A stretch of DNA of 64,000 nucleotides from Octopus sinensis. Lineage: Eukaryota. Under the pieces are notes generated by a model. The model was not told where the DNA came from. It did not search any database and saw only the letters and a list, made by a program, of their open reading frames with translations. The translations under genes and the position numbers were made by a program. Where the stretch lies: contig NC_043009.1 of NCBI RefSeq assembly GCF_006345805.1, positions 52,080,001-52,144,000 on the forward strand, in the 5' to 3' direction. This document shows positions 26,286 to 38,996 of the stretch, in pieces (position 1 is the stretch's first letter; every line of letters starts with the position of its first letter).

Positions 26286-27770
26286 ACCATAGATCATAGA
26301 TCTGCTGCTTATAAAACTGTCATCAATGAGGAGAGCGCCGTAAAGGAAATCCTAAGTTTTTATTAATGATCTTAACAGCTTCTTGTTAATTAAATAACAC
26401 TTATAAACATATAACACAACATAAATTAGAAGTATGAAAATTACTTTAAATATCAAACATTTAGGAATTTGCACAAAACGGTATGAACATTGTGATTCGC
26501 TCAATTGATATTTAGTGTTCTTTTCGTTAGATTCCTTCCTCCACGCTACGATAAACATGAACAGCTGGCCAAACACAATTAGTCACACGTTATTTGCATT
26601 TGTCATGTGAAATCATGTGTTAGTGTGTTAATTATATCTGGCGTATTATTGTATACACAATAATTATAGTTTCCGAAGTCAACTACCATAGCAAAATCCC
26701 ATAAATAGTACATTACCGCAACACCCTGCAACCAGCTTCTTTTTTTTTAAAGATATGAAACTGGCCAAGCCATTCAGCGACGTATTTTCGTTGAAGGCTT
26801 CGTATAAATAACTTCTGAAAAGATTGCAGGTGTTATTGGAATGACAATGATTGTGTAACAGAGAATAACTGCCATACAATATATATCGTAGAATATTAAT
26901 CATTACATTTTAGAGAGAGAGAGAAATCGACTTTAAATATCTTCACTGATAGTTCTGGAAGCTTAGACGCAGAAGAAGTAACGAGGCACCAATAAAAGGA
27001 AGTATTATTTTAAAAACATATAAACATATAATAAGCCATCCATAAATTGCACCAAGCGGTTCAGCTTCTACATCGCTGTGTAAAGTAATGTATAATGGCA
27101 GCAGATATTAATTTATATAGAAGGAATGAAACATTTGGAACATGCTGAAACGTTTTATCTCAAATAAGTAAATGACTTTTATATTCAATTGCAGCGCAAA
27201 CAAAATGTGTTATCTCTCTTAAATCTATTAAATAAATCTACGGAGGAACAGAATAAGACAAAGGAGATATTTCTCACTAAGAACGTGTAACTATAAAATT
27301 ATAGTTTTCTCTTTTCCACTCTTTGCGCAATCGTAGATCTAATTTTCGATGTTTCCTTACAATCCATATCAACTGGTTCTACACGGATTACGCTGAAAAC
27401 AACTTGACTATAATTATCAGTTCCGCCTAGGATCATGTAGTAATGTGTCAAAAATGAATTACAAATTGTACATTAAAATTACGGATAAACTTACTTCCGT
27501 AACGTACACAAGTGGAGTTATATGTGGAATCAGGAGTATGAGACGCCATTCTGAAAGACAAGAAACATTCCATGTGTAAGGCCTTTGTAAAATATCTAAA
27601 TGAATAACAAACATACGGCCATAAATAGAAAATAACTATATTGAATATCAGATAATGAAATCTCTTTAGGACACTAAAATAGGTATTTCTAAACCTACAT
27701 TCGATTTTAATGTGTTATATATATTTTAGTATCTATCTTTCTATCTCTATGTTTATCTATCTATCTATCG

Positions 27771-27835
<65 letters not shown>

Positions 27836-27923
27836 ACTATCTACATATCTATCAATCAATCAATCAATCTATCTATCTATCTATAATCTATCTATATATA
27901 TGTATGTATATATATTTATATAG

Positions 27924-27996
<73 letters not shown>

Positions 27997-28014
27997 GGAG
28001 TGTGCGCCGAGAGT

Positions 28015-28245
28015 GTGCCTGCGTTGTCCCCCTACCATCGCTCCCCAACTGATGTTGATATATCTACGTCCCCTTAACCTAGCGGTTCGGCAAAATTAAC
28101 CGATTGGATAAGTACTAGACTTACAAAGAATGAGTTCTGGGGTCGATTTATACTCTTTTACTCTTTCATTTGTTTTAGTCATTTGACTGCGGCTCTACTG
28201 GAGCACAGCCATTAGTCAAAGAACTCATTCTTTGTAAGCCTTGTC
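28015..28245. mobile_element. Rearranged main-family SINE (forward part followed by an inverted 3' part)
   Basis: 28015-28150 matches the family on +, 28151-28240 on -. Confidence 0.75.
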
Positions 28246-28760
28246 CTTATATAAGTGTGCTTGTGCGTGTATGTAAATGCATTTATATATGTATATATTA
28301 AGACACTCACACATACACACAACTATATATAAATGTATCTATATGTATTCATGTGTGTATATATATATATTATATATTATATATATACACACACACATAA
28401 TAACACGCACGAACATACACACACATACATGGTTTTATATTTGTGTTGCATGCGCGTTTATGTGTGTAGTGTAAGACATAATGTGTGACGGTCCTTTTGG
28501 ATGCAAGTATGGAAGCCTTTTCATTATACGTTAAGATACCTTTGTTTTAACATGGCCAATATCTCATACCACGGTCCACGTAATTGGACAAAGCCGCCAT
28601 CTTCAATCACCTTCCACGCCAGTTAATTAATCTATAGACACCATCAAGACATGTCTGTACACTTGTATACTATCCTCAACGTATTCGGAAGTACATGCAT
28701 CACTTACCGCAGCGATCATTTTCGGAGACAACAGCTTCACACTATGATCTGAGTACATGT

Positions 28761-28793
<33 letters not shown>

Positions 28794-28972
28794 TGTGTGT
28801 GTGCATAATATTATATATATTATGTATATATATATGTATATATACGTATATATATATATGTAAATATATGTAAAATAGTATAAATATATAATAATATATA
28901 TATATATATATAATATATAATATTATATATATAAGGAGAGAGAGAAAGGGATAGATAGATAGATAGATAGAT

Positions 28973-29031
<59 letters not shown>

Positions 29032-29810
29032 CAGACAGATAAATAGGTTGACAGACAGACTGATTAATTCATAGATAGATATATAGAGATACATATACAT
29101 ACATATACATGTATATGCATTTGCGTGTGTGTGTGCATGTATCTCTCTCTCTCTATATATATATATATTGATATATATATGCATATATATGCCTATATAG
29201 TTATATATTATACTTGATTTACTTGTTGCTTTAGTATATTCTTGAATGATTCATATTTTCATATTTGCATGCAGGAGCTACTGACCCAACCCACACACCA
29301 ATTAAGCTCACACAGTCACCTTCACTTCACCATCTACATTAACACATTGCCAAACATATTCACACACACACACACACACACACATACACACACACCTATA
29401 TCCAGCTATGCATCTGCGTATCGACTCATTTGAATTTACTAACGATCTGCTCTTCTCTTATCATTTTCATCATTTTTATGCATCTCTATGCCATTCTGCT
29501 GACACTTACAAGCAAAGCAATGTGCTTAATGATGAAGTCAACAGCTATAGATGTGAGTTTCAATTATTTTGTGCAACACTATATTGCCTGTTGGGATTAT
29601 TACAGCGACCTGTTCATATTTCAGTTAAAATAATTGGATAATGGATTTCAGAGGAAATTCGTGAAGTGTTCATTAATGGAATCATGAATCACCAGCGTAT
29701 TAAATATACGTTGAAATATGGTGCTTGTTCACATATGCATATGAGTGTTTATATATGTGAATGCTATACATATGTCTATTTGTTTTCAAAAAAATAAAAA
29801 ATGATCTAAC

Positions 29811-30165
29811 GAGGCGTGGCTGTGTGGTAAGAAATTTGCTTCCAAACCACATGATTCCGGGTTCAGTCACACTGTATGGCACCTTGGTCAAATGTCTTCT
29901 ATTATATCCTCGGGCCGACCAAAGCCTTGTGAGTGGATATCTGTGTGTATGTATGACTACATTTCTGAGTTTGTCCTCCCACCGTCACTTGACAACTGAT
30001 TCAGGTTTGTTTTCGTCCCCGTAACTTAACCTTTCGGCAACAGAGACTGGTAGAATAAGAACTAGTCTTTCAAAAGAATAAGTCTGGGGGTCGATTTCCT
30101 CGACTGAAGACGGTGCTCCTGCATGGCCGCTCTCAGATGACTGAAGCAAATGAATGAAAGAATGA
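29811..30165 (+). mobile_element. Main-family SINE
   Basis: GGCGTGGCTGTGTGGTAAG..GGGTTCAGTC..GGCACCTTGGTCAAATGTCTT..GCATGGCCGC. Confidence 0.88.
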
Positions 30166-30244
30166 AACAATATGTAAAAATCCTTCCACATACAGACAAA
30201 CTTACAAGTCATGTATAATTGCTCATGTATGTACGTATACATAT

Positions 30245-30610
30245 ATCACCTTGACCGACCAGTCCGTCAGGCGTCCATTTGACACCGCTGGTCATAGCAC
30301 GCTGTCCACTCCTCTCTGGATCGCGTCTTTCGACAACTGCGCGGGTCCACCGATTATCGGTGAACCGGGCGACGTGTCCAGCCCATCTAAACTTGCTGTG
30401 TGTATACTCTGCGATGACATCCCTCACGACGGACTTCTTTCTGATTATCTCGCTACTGACGTGCTCTCTCAACGAGATACCAATCATTGACCTTTCCATG
30501 GCTCTTTGAGCCGTTACCAGTCGCTACTCTTCTCTCTTTGTGGTAGCCCATGTTTTCACTACATATAACAGTGCAGGTAGAACTGTACTGTCGATGAGGT
30601 TGAAAAAACG
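30245..30610 (-). mobile_element. RTE-clade LINE, 3' fragment
   Basis: Minus strand reads STVLPALLY, TAQRAMERSMIGISL and KFRWAGHVARFTDNRWT, typical of the RTE/BovB C-terminus; the 3' end abuts (AT)n. Confidence 0.88.
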
Positions 30611-31129
30611 ATTTCTCAATTCCATACTACGTATTAGCAATATAATTTATTTGGGCCGACGCATTTTAATGATACTCCGCCACTCCGAGTTTCGCCTGTG
30701 AGTGCACAGTCTTCAGGCAAATTATGGCTGATGACTTGCAACAGTTCCCTGTGCGCACACAAGTGAAATCAGAGACCTACAGACTGATTCCACCTGAAAA
30801 AATATTACAGAACTGTGTGTGTGTGTGTATGTGAGTGTGTAAGTGTGTACGCTAATTCTAAGGCGTACCTTAACATTTTGCTGTAATTAGTTACACATTT
30901 GGAACTGTCAATTTTAGTATTAGGTTTCCAGAAATTCTACTTTCATTTTTAATCTATCTATCTATCCATCTATCTATCTATCAATCGATCGATCGATCGA
31001 TGTACCTATGTATCCTTTTCTCTTGAATATTACTATATTTTCTATTTGTAGAATATGTTAAGTTGTTTTTTATGAGTACAATCGGATTATCTGAATCCAT
31101 ATATTGTGACTCACTCACACACTCACACT

Positions 31130-31169
<40 letters not shown>

Positions 31170-31179
31170 GACAGACAGA

Positions 31180-31651
31180 GAATTCACAAAAAACACAAAA
31201 GACGAAGACAGGTGGTGTAGACAACAAACAGATGTGATAGTTTAATGCTCGGGAAGTAAAAAAAATGTCTTTAACGTTTCGAGCCTACGCTCTTCCACAA
31301 AAAGTAACACAGAGAGAAAATAAAGAATGTGTAGTGGCTTGGGTCTATCATGGCGAATGCCGGACAGAGCGGTCATACAGGAGAGCTAGGAAGAAAGGGA
31401 GATAGAAAGAACCAAAAAGTTTAGAAAGTACAAAAAAGTTCTAAAACGTTGAAAAGCATCAAAAGCTTCGTCGTGATGTTTTGGAGCGATTTCTCATCAA
31501 CGGAATAGTCCAGTGTAATCCATGGGCAGGAGAGGTACAGCTGACGTGTAGGAGAGTAGAAAATCCAGGTAGAATAGTCCGAAGTGTAGAAGGTGTAGAA
31601 AATCCAAGAAAAATTCATTGGGAGACAGGATCAACTGGTGCGACCACGTGA
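31180..31651 (-). mobile_element. Full monomer of the hammerhead-bearing non-coding unit (motif at about 31268-31305)
   Basis: Colinear with 21566-22053 (CCAGTTGATCCTGT, CCTCTCCTGCCCATGGATTACACT, GTTGATGA.AAATCGCTCCAA, GAAGAGCGTAGGCTCGAAACGTTAAAGAC). Confidence 0.7.
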
Positions 31652-32339
31652 ATATATATATATATATATTATATATATATATATATAAGTAAATTTGAGA
31701 TAAACCACTATAGGCAAACTCTAACAGTGATAGACATAAAACCAAAACATTAAAAAAAACAAAAAATAAATATAATTAATATAATATGCAATATATATAT
31801 AAAATATAAAATTTAAAATTTTTTTTTTTTTTTTGACCTAATATTGGTTTTATCACTAATTTTATCACTAATACTGTGAAATTTGATTCATCCTAAATCT
31901 AATTTTCCGCTTTAAGTTTGGATATACTCCCTAATATTATTATTATTATTATATATATCTATATATATATATATATATATTAACATGAACATGAAGATAG
32001 AATCGAGTATACGAAAAGCTATGCACCAGGAAGGGTTGAGTAATCTCTGTGGTTCCGTGCTATGGTTTGGGATGGTCGAAATATCGGACTGGATACTTTG
32101 GTCGTGTAGACAGAGAAAACCAATACTATACATATTTAGCGCCTAAGGAGCTGGTCCAAATTACGTGTTACTTTGAGTAGAACGTTGTTGGTATACTCTA
32201 GGCTGTCCGTCAAGTGGCAAATTCCTTGGGAAATTATAATCACACGAATAACATACCACATCAATCCATCGTACGATATATTCCTTTAATTATACACACA
32301 CACACACACACAAACGCATATATATATATATTATATATA

Positions 32340-32409
<70 letters not shown>

Positions 32410-33429
32410 GTAAATACGAACGGAATAAATCAAATTTCGGGTAAATCGGATAAGTGGTTGTGGAGATATTAAGTGTTTTCGGGATACAAATATCCAAAAC
32501 AGTGCATAATGGAAAAAGTCGCCGAAAATAATCTTTATCTTGAAAGGGAAGAAACTCTTAACTTTCGATTAGATACAGTGACTTAACGAAAATACACGAT
32601 TTGTTATTTACAATAAAGTAGCCTGACCCGTGCCGTCAAAAATGACGGCTAATTGTACTATTTTATATATAAATAGGGTACATAATAATCACGCATATAA
32701 AAGTTTTATACGGCACGCATTTCTGTCGAATGAGCAACCGTTTACATTTTAAGAAAGTTGAAATAATTCCATTAAACGAACACGTAAATGGTCGTCGTCA
32801 TACAAGGTAGATACAACATATATGGGCGTGTATGTGTGTGTTTGTGTAAGTATGGTGTGCATGGGTGTACGTGTATGTGTGTGGACATGTGTGACTGAGC
32901 GATTCTATAGATCACACAGACACAGACGTTCACATGTGACTACTAATGAATACATTTTACGCTATGAGAACCTGTGCTCCTAAACACATTCAGTGGGGCT
33001 TTTTGTCATATGTGCATTACACACACATGCGCACGCACACACACACGTATATGCATATACATATATATATATATATATACATGAAAAGCTGTATCGCTAA
33101 AAGTGGAAATTAAAAATACTTCTATGCCACAGAATAGTCAAAAAATTAATACAAACATGATAGGAGAAAAATTACAGTGAACAATAACATCAATTTACCT
33201 CTGCTAGGTCAGCAAAAGTAATACTGGCACTAGCGATGATATCTTTAGTAGGACTACCAATCTCATATATATATGTAAATATATACATATACACACATAT
33301 ATGAATGTATGCCTGTATGTATGTATAACATTAGAAGTTAGCTTGAAACTTGCTTGCAATGTTACCCAGCAGAACTGGCGCATAATGGGTCATGTGTTGT
33401 CTAGTTTTGTATCAATAATGATAGCTGGA

Positions 33430-33450
33430 TAGATAGATTGATAGACAGAC

Positions 33451-33501
<51 letters not shown>

Positions 33502-33568
33502 AGATAGATAGATAGATAGAGAGATAGATAGAGAGAGAGATAGATAGAGCGATAGATAGAGAGATAGG

Positions 33569-33629
<61 letters not shown>

Positions 33630-33635
33630 TGAGAG
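33430..33635. repeat. (GATA)n microsatellite
   Basis: Directly visible. Confidence 0.95.
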
Positions 33636-34101
33636 AGAGAGAGAGATACTGAATGAGTGATTGACTAATTGTTTGATTGATTGACAGACAGATAGACAGA
33701 GTTTTCTCGTCAAGTGTTAGGATTAGAGTTTCCATCAAGGAATGGGGACGAAATATGGGAGTATATTGGTGTGTGTGTGTGTGTATGCGTTTGTATGTGT
33801 GTGTGTGGATGTGTGTATGTTTGTGTTTACACGTTTCTGTGTCTCTGTTTTTCTACAATTCTAGGGTTACTGTCGAATATTAACGATTCATTGAAACCCG
33901 TCATATATGAGTCATACTATGGGCAGCGTTACACACTAGGAATGAATAGGAAGTATAGGTTAAAGGTCGTCAAGCCAACTTAATCAGCGACAATGTAAGA
34001 ATATATATCTATCTTTCTATATATTGACAAAGATATATAGATGAATAGATAAATAGATAGATATGTATATGTGTGTGTGCGTGTGTGTGTATGGGTAAAC
34101 G

Positions 34102-34136
<35 letters not shown>

Positions 34137-34157
34137 ATACGTTATATGCATTCTATT

Positions 34158-34370
34158 ATTCTTTCATTTGTTTCAGTCAATTGACTGCGGCCATGCTGGA
34201 GTACCACATTTAGTGGAACCAATCGACCCCAGGACTTATTCTTTGTAAGCCTATTACTTATTCTATCAATCCCTTTTGCCGAATCGTTAATTTAAGAGGA
34301 TATAAGCACGCCAACATCAGTTATCAAGCGACGGTGGGGTTAAACACAGACACACAAATAAACATAAACA
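34158..34370 (-). mobile_element. Main-family SINE, 3' half
   Basis: TTTCAGTCA.TTGACTGCGGCCATGCTGGAG..ATCGACCCCAGGACTTATTCTTTGTAAGCC. Confidence 0.85.
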
Positions 34371-34404
34371 CACCGACTCACACACACACACACATATATA
34401 TATA

Positions 34405-34700
34405 TATCACGTGATCACGTGACCGGCCACGCTATCAGGTTTTGCTACACATCGCTGGTCACAATGCGCCTCGCATTGTTTTAGCAATCAAGTGACGCTA
34501 CCCGGCCGGCTATGCCAGCAAGCCAACAGAAAACAGAGTGAGAGAAAGATGTGGTGAAAGAGTACAGCAGGGATTGCGAACACCCCCTGCCGGAGCATCG
34601 TGGAGCTTTAGGTGATTTCGCTCAATAAATACTCACAACACCCGGTCTGGTAATCGAAACCACGATCCTCTGCCCTAACCACTGGGCCATTGCGCCTCCA
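34405..34700 (-). mobile_element. tRNA-derived SINE (body Y, RTE-like tail T3)
   Basis: Homologous to 63607-63903; head GGAGGCGCAATGGCCCAGTGGTTAGGGCAG; tail palindrome TCACGTGATCACGTGA. Confidence 0.88.
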
Positions 34701-34734
34701 CACAAACACGCACACACACAAACACACACACACA

Positions 34735-34997
34735 GGAGTGGCCAAGTACTTTCTTACGAACCACATGGCTCCGGGTTCATTTCCACTGCATGGCACCTTG
34801 GGCAACTGTCTTCTACTATAACCTCGGGTCGACCAAAGCCTTGTCTGTGGATTTGGTAGACGAAGACTGAAAGAAGAGACCGATGCAATAAGTACTAGTC
34901 TTACTAAGAAATAGTCCTGGGATCGATTTGCTCGATTAAAGGCGGTACGGCAGCATGGCCGCAGTCAAATGACTGAAACAAGTAAAAGAATAAAAGT
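34735..34997 (+). mobile_element. Main-family SINE with an internal deletion
   Basis: Head and tail blocks present; the middle is deleted at GAAAGAAG/AGACCGAT. Confidence 0.85.
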
Positions 34998-35034
34998 ATA
35001 CTATTTATATTTATATGCATATATATACATATAC

Positions 35035-35070
<36 letters not shown>

Positions 35071-35071
<1 letters not shown>

Positions 35072-35347
35072 TTTTGTGTTTGGGGAGAGTCATTCTCTTT
35101 TAGTGCCTAATTATTTAACACACTCACCGGTAAAATTAACACTTATTTCTTATTTTTTATTTTCAAAAAGTTTCATTGCGTCTTACAACCTTTTCAATAG
35201 TATTTGAGAGTCAAGACTATTGAAAAGGTTGCAAGATGCAATGAAAATTTTAGAAAATAAAAAATAAGAAATAAGTGGTAACTTTACCGGTGAGTGTGTT
35301 AAATAAGAAGGCACTAAAAGAGAATGACTCTCCCCAGACACAACAGA
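35071..35347. mobile_element. ~275-bp near-perfect palindrome (foldback/MITE-like)
   Basis: Left arm GGGGAGAGTCATTCTCTTTTAGTGCCT..CACTCACCGGTAAA..CAACCTTTTCAATAGT is mirrored by ACTATTGAAAAGGTTG..TTTACCGGTGAGTG..AGGCACTAAAAGAGAATGACTCTCCCC; a second partial copy lies at 40996-41087. Confidence 0.8.
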
Positions 35348-35402
35348 ATATGCTGCAACACACGAACTCATATAAAGAATCTTGCAAACCAAATCCCAAA
35401 AC

Positions 35403-35444
<42 letters not shown>

Positions 35445-35903
35445 TACACACAAGCACGCACACACACACACATATATGACATACGTAAATGTATATACGA
35501 AGATATACACAGCTATAACCATGTTTTTATATATGTACGTATTTGTGTTCGTGTATGTGTATATGTACGTATTGGTGCACGCATTATTTATACGATGCAT
35601 TTTGCCCCAAACTCAACGGAAGTATATGAAAGTTTGTACGGAAGTTGTTATCAACATATCTGTGGACTTTATCACTGACATTTTCGAGTCTTGTTCTGTA
35701 TATTTGTCTGGGAGGTGTAAAGTACATAATATTTACTTGCATCAACCAGATAGATGATGTTTGTGAAACTGGACAACCGGATGTGAGACCAACATTTTCG
35801 TAATTGAAGCTTGCCCGAAGTACGTGACATTCGAAACATAAAAACCTAGATGATTGCCCACTTCAGACATATATAGAGAACCGGACGCTCACCCACAGAC
35901 ACA

Positions 35904-35948
<45 letters not shown>

Positions 35949-36018
35949 TCGTGTGTGTGTGTGTGTGTATAAATACATACATATATATATATTTGTGTGT
36001 GTGTGCGTGTAGATAGAC

Positions 36019-36053
<35 letters not shown>

Positions 36054-36296
36054 TGGACAGACAGTTATATATATATATGCTGACAGGCACATGGCCATAT
36101 ATACGAATTATTGGTAAAAGTTCCTAGGTTTAGGTAAAAGAAAGTACTGGAGAAGCAGTTAATTATGATTATTTTTCCCTACATATTCCCCTCTCAGGTT
36201 CACACACTTATTGCAACGGTACTTCAGTTTTTCTGAGCTTTGTAAAAGTAGAGGTAGATTGGAGACTCCAGCCAGGGCTTTTGCGATATATGCTTC

Positions 36297-36332
<36 letters not shown>

Positions 36333-36335
<3 letters not shown>

Positions 36336-36508
36336 GCAGGAGTGTCTGTGTGGTAGGTAGCTTGCTTACCAGCCACATGGTTCTTGGTTCAGCCCCACTG
36401 CGTGGCACCTTGGGTAGGTGTCTTCTACCTTGATCCGACCAAAGGCTTGTGAGTGGATTTTGTAGACGGAAACTGAAAGCCCGTCGTATATATGTATATG
36501 TATGTATG

Positions 36509-36563
<55 letters not shown>

Positions 36564-36775
36564 GGTGTATATGATTGTGTGTCTGTGTTTGTCCCTCCAG
36601 CATCGCTTGACAACCGATTGTGGTGTGTATACGTCCCCGTATCTTAGCGGTTCGGGATAAGAGACCGATATAATAAGTACAAGGCTTCCAAAGAATAAGT
36701 CCTGGGGTCGATTTTCTCAACTAAAGGCGGTGCTCCAGCATGACTGAAACAAGTAATAGAGTAAAAGAGAGTAAG
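36333..36775 (+). mobile_element. Main-family SINE, near full length
   Basis: All family blocks present in order. Confidence 0.92.
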
Positions 36776-36812
<37 letters not shown>

Positions 36813-37094
36813 AGTGAATATAGATATGCATACATGAAATCTTTTGCTGGTAACGTATGTATAACTCTCTGTTTCGAAAAATTCAGAAATAAACGCAGAA
36901 AAAGGATAAATCACCAGAAATGTCATTGGTAAACAAGTAAAATCTAATTAGAAACATCGTAAGACTTCCAGGTTTACATCATGTTTTTGCATGCAACACA
37001 GGCTGACGACAAAATACAATAGATTGTGGGAGTTGTAGTCATAATTTATGTTCAGCCTGTGCAAATATACAAATACATAAACACATAGATATGA

Positions 37095-37680
37095 CTAAGT
37101 GGCATTGCATCCCGGCGTTGCCCGGGTGTTATGACCTGCGGCCATTTGTATTAACTTTTCTTTTCTTCTAGTCAGAATCGGCACACCTGATATATAATGA
37201 ACTGGATTACTAGCGTAATGGAAGTTATTGCTTGTTTAAAAGTGAAGGACGGGAGGGTGCTATTTGCATGTGTTTGCATAAAAGTGCTTTCTGTTATTTA
37301 GAAGGACCATAAACTACGAATTGTTTCATTGTATAGAAAGGGGTTAATACAATTTTTTCCAGAAATCACGTTCTCAAAATTTTAATTCTCCACCCCGTCC
37401 CCACCGCGATTTCTTAATTTGTAGCTATTTTTCGATTTTTAAAAAAAATTCTGGAAAAATACAGAGATTACGAATCTGGGAAATACATTTTTGAAAGTTT
37501 AATTTTTGTTAATGCCCCTTCCCCTATCTTGTTCACCCATTACCTACCGCTTTCATAAAACTAAAACCTCCCAACGTTTCACTTTCGTCTGATGTTTTAC
37601 GCATGCGTACAATTGTACTGAAGGGTGCACGATACGCTTGAAGCAACACGGGTTAAGAGAGACTTAAACATTTTAATATT
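37095..37680. mobile_element. Possible non-autonomous Helitron/Helentron-type element
   Basis: CCCGGCGTTGCCCGGG near the left end and an imperfect inverted GCAACACGGG near 37645; this sub-terminal pattern is only suggestive. Confidence 0.3.
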
Positions 37681-38122
37681 TCTATCTTTGAAAACCAGTG
37701 GATGTATTCCACTGAAATTAGGTAAATAATTCTTCGATCAGACGGTCAGCAGCGACGCCTGCTGGGCTTGGCTAATCTGCATTGATAAAGGGCAAATACT
37801 CTGAAACATGTCTGCAGATACCTGACCAGCAAGGGGGAGCGGCTGACCTCCCCTTTTTGAAGGTTATAATGGACACAGGTTCGTGTGTCATATAACTAGC
37901 TAGAGGCGAAGGTGAAGGCGATGGCGTCTTGGAGCTAATCAACGGCGGTTTAGTCTTATATTTATGGACTGCCATATTAGCTTGGCGATAACTGTTAATT
38001 TCCAGTACCGCTGCCGTAGTCTCCTTTAGAGAGACTCAGAAATTTTTTATTTATATATATATAAATTATATATATAAAATATATAAATATATATATATAT
38101 ATAATATATATTATATATATAT

Positions 38123-38157
<35 letters not shown>

Positions 38158-38261
38158 TAATATATATATATTTTATATATATATTATATATGTATATTAT
38201 ATGTGTATATATTATGTATATATATATATATTATATATATATATATATATTATATTTATAA

Positions 38262-38292
<31 letters not shown>

Positions 38293-38303
38293 ATATATAT
38301 ATA

Positions 38304-38353
<50 letters not shown>

Positions 38354-38694
38354 GTGTGTTTGAAAGTAAGTACTGGAGCCGATTCATTCGATTAAATATT
38401 CTTGAAGGCATTGTAATGACTGAAAGAAATAAAACGTATCAGATAACCCCACTCCACAACATTTATATATTTTTTGTTATTTTTCTACGGATCATATTTT
38501 GAGATGGTATTATATAAATAAGTCTTGTTATCTCACTCTCAGAAAAAATATTTATAGTGAGTAACACTCCAATCAATGATGGAGGGTAAAGGGATTTGCA
38601 GACGTCTTGCCAGTTCCTATCTCAGCTTCTCTTGATTCAAATTGAAAACCCTCCGAGAAATAAAAAGAAACGTTTTGTCCTCTATGTTGTTTTT

Positions 38695-38996
38695 CTTTGT
38701 TCCTTCTTGATCCACGCCTGGTTCATAAGGGCCAGTTTCCCGGTTTCATTGAGGTATAGGTTCTTTACCTGTACGGGACACCGGTCAGTCGCAGGTGAGT
38801 TGCTTGATGCAGGAGGAAAGAATGAGAGAAAGTTTTGGCGAAAGAGTCAGCAGAAGTTCACCATTACCTGCTGCTGGACCCGCGTGGAGCTTAGGTGTTT
38901 CGTTCCTAAAGACACACATCGCCCTAGCTGAGATTCGAACCCTCGATCCCTCGACCACGAGTCCGCTGCCCTAACCAGTAGCCCATGTGCCTCCAC
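38695..38996 (-). mobile_element. tRNA-derived SINE (body Y, tail T1)
   Basis: Head TGGGCTACTGGTTAGGGCAGCGGACTCG..GGTTCGAATCTCAG; homologous to 5984-6259. Confidence 0.88.

Noticed and set aside
26767-26803. Short hairpin AAGCCATTCAGCGA..TCGTTGAAGGCTT
   Set aside because: About 13 bp with a bulge; too short for a miRNA precursor and plausible by chance.
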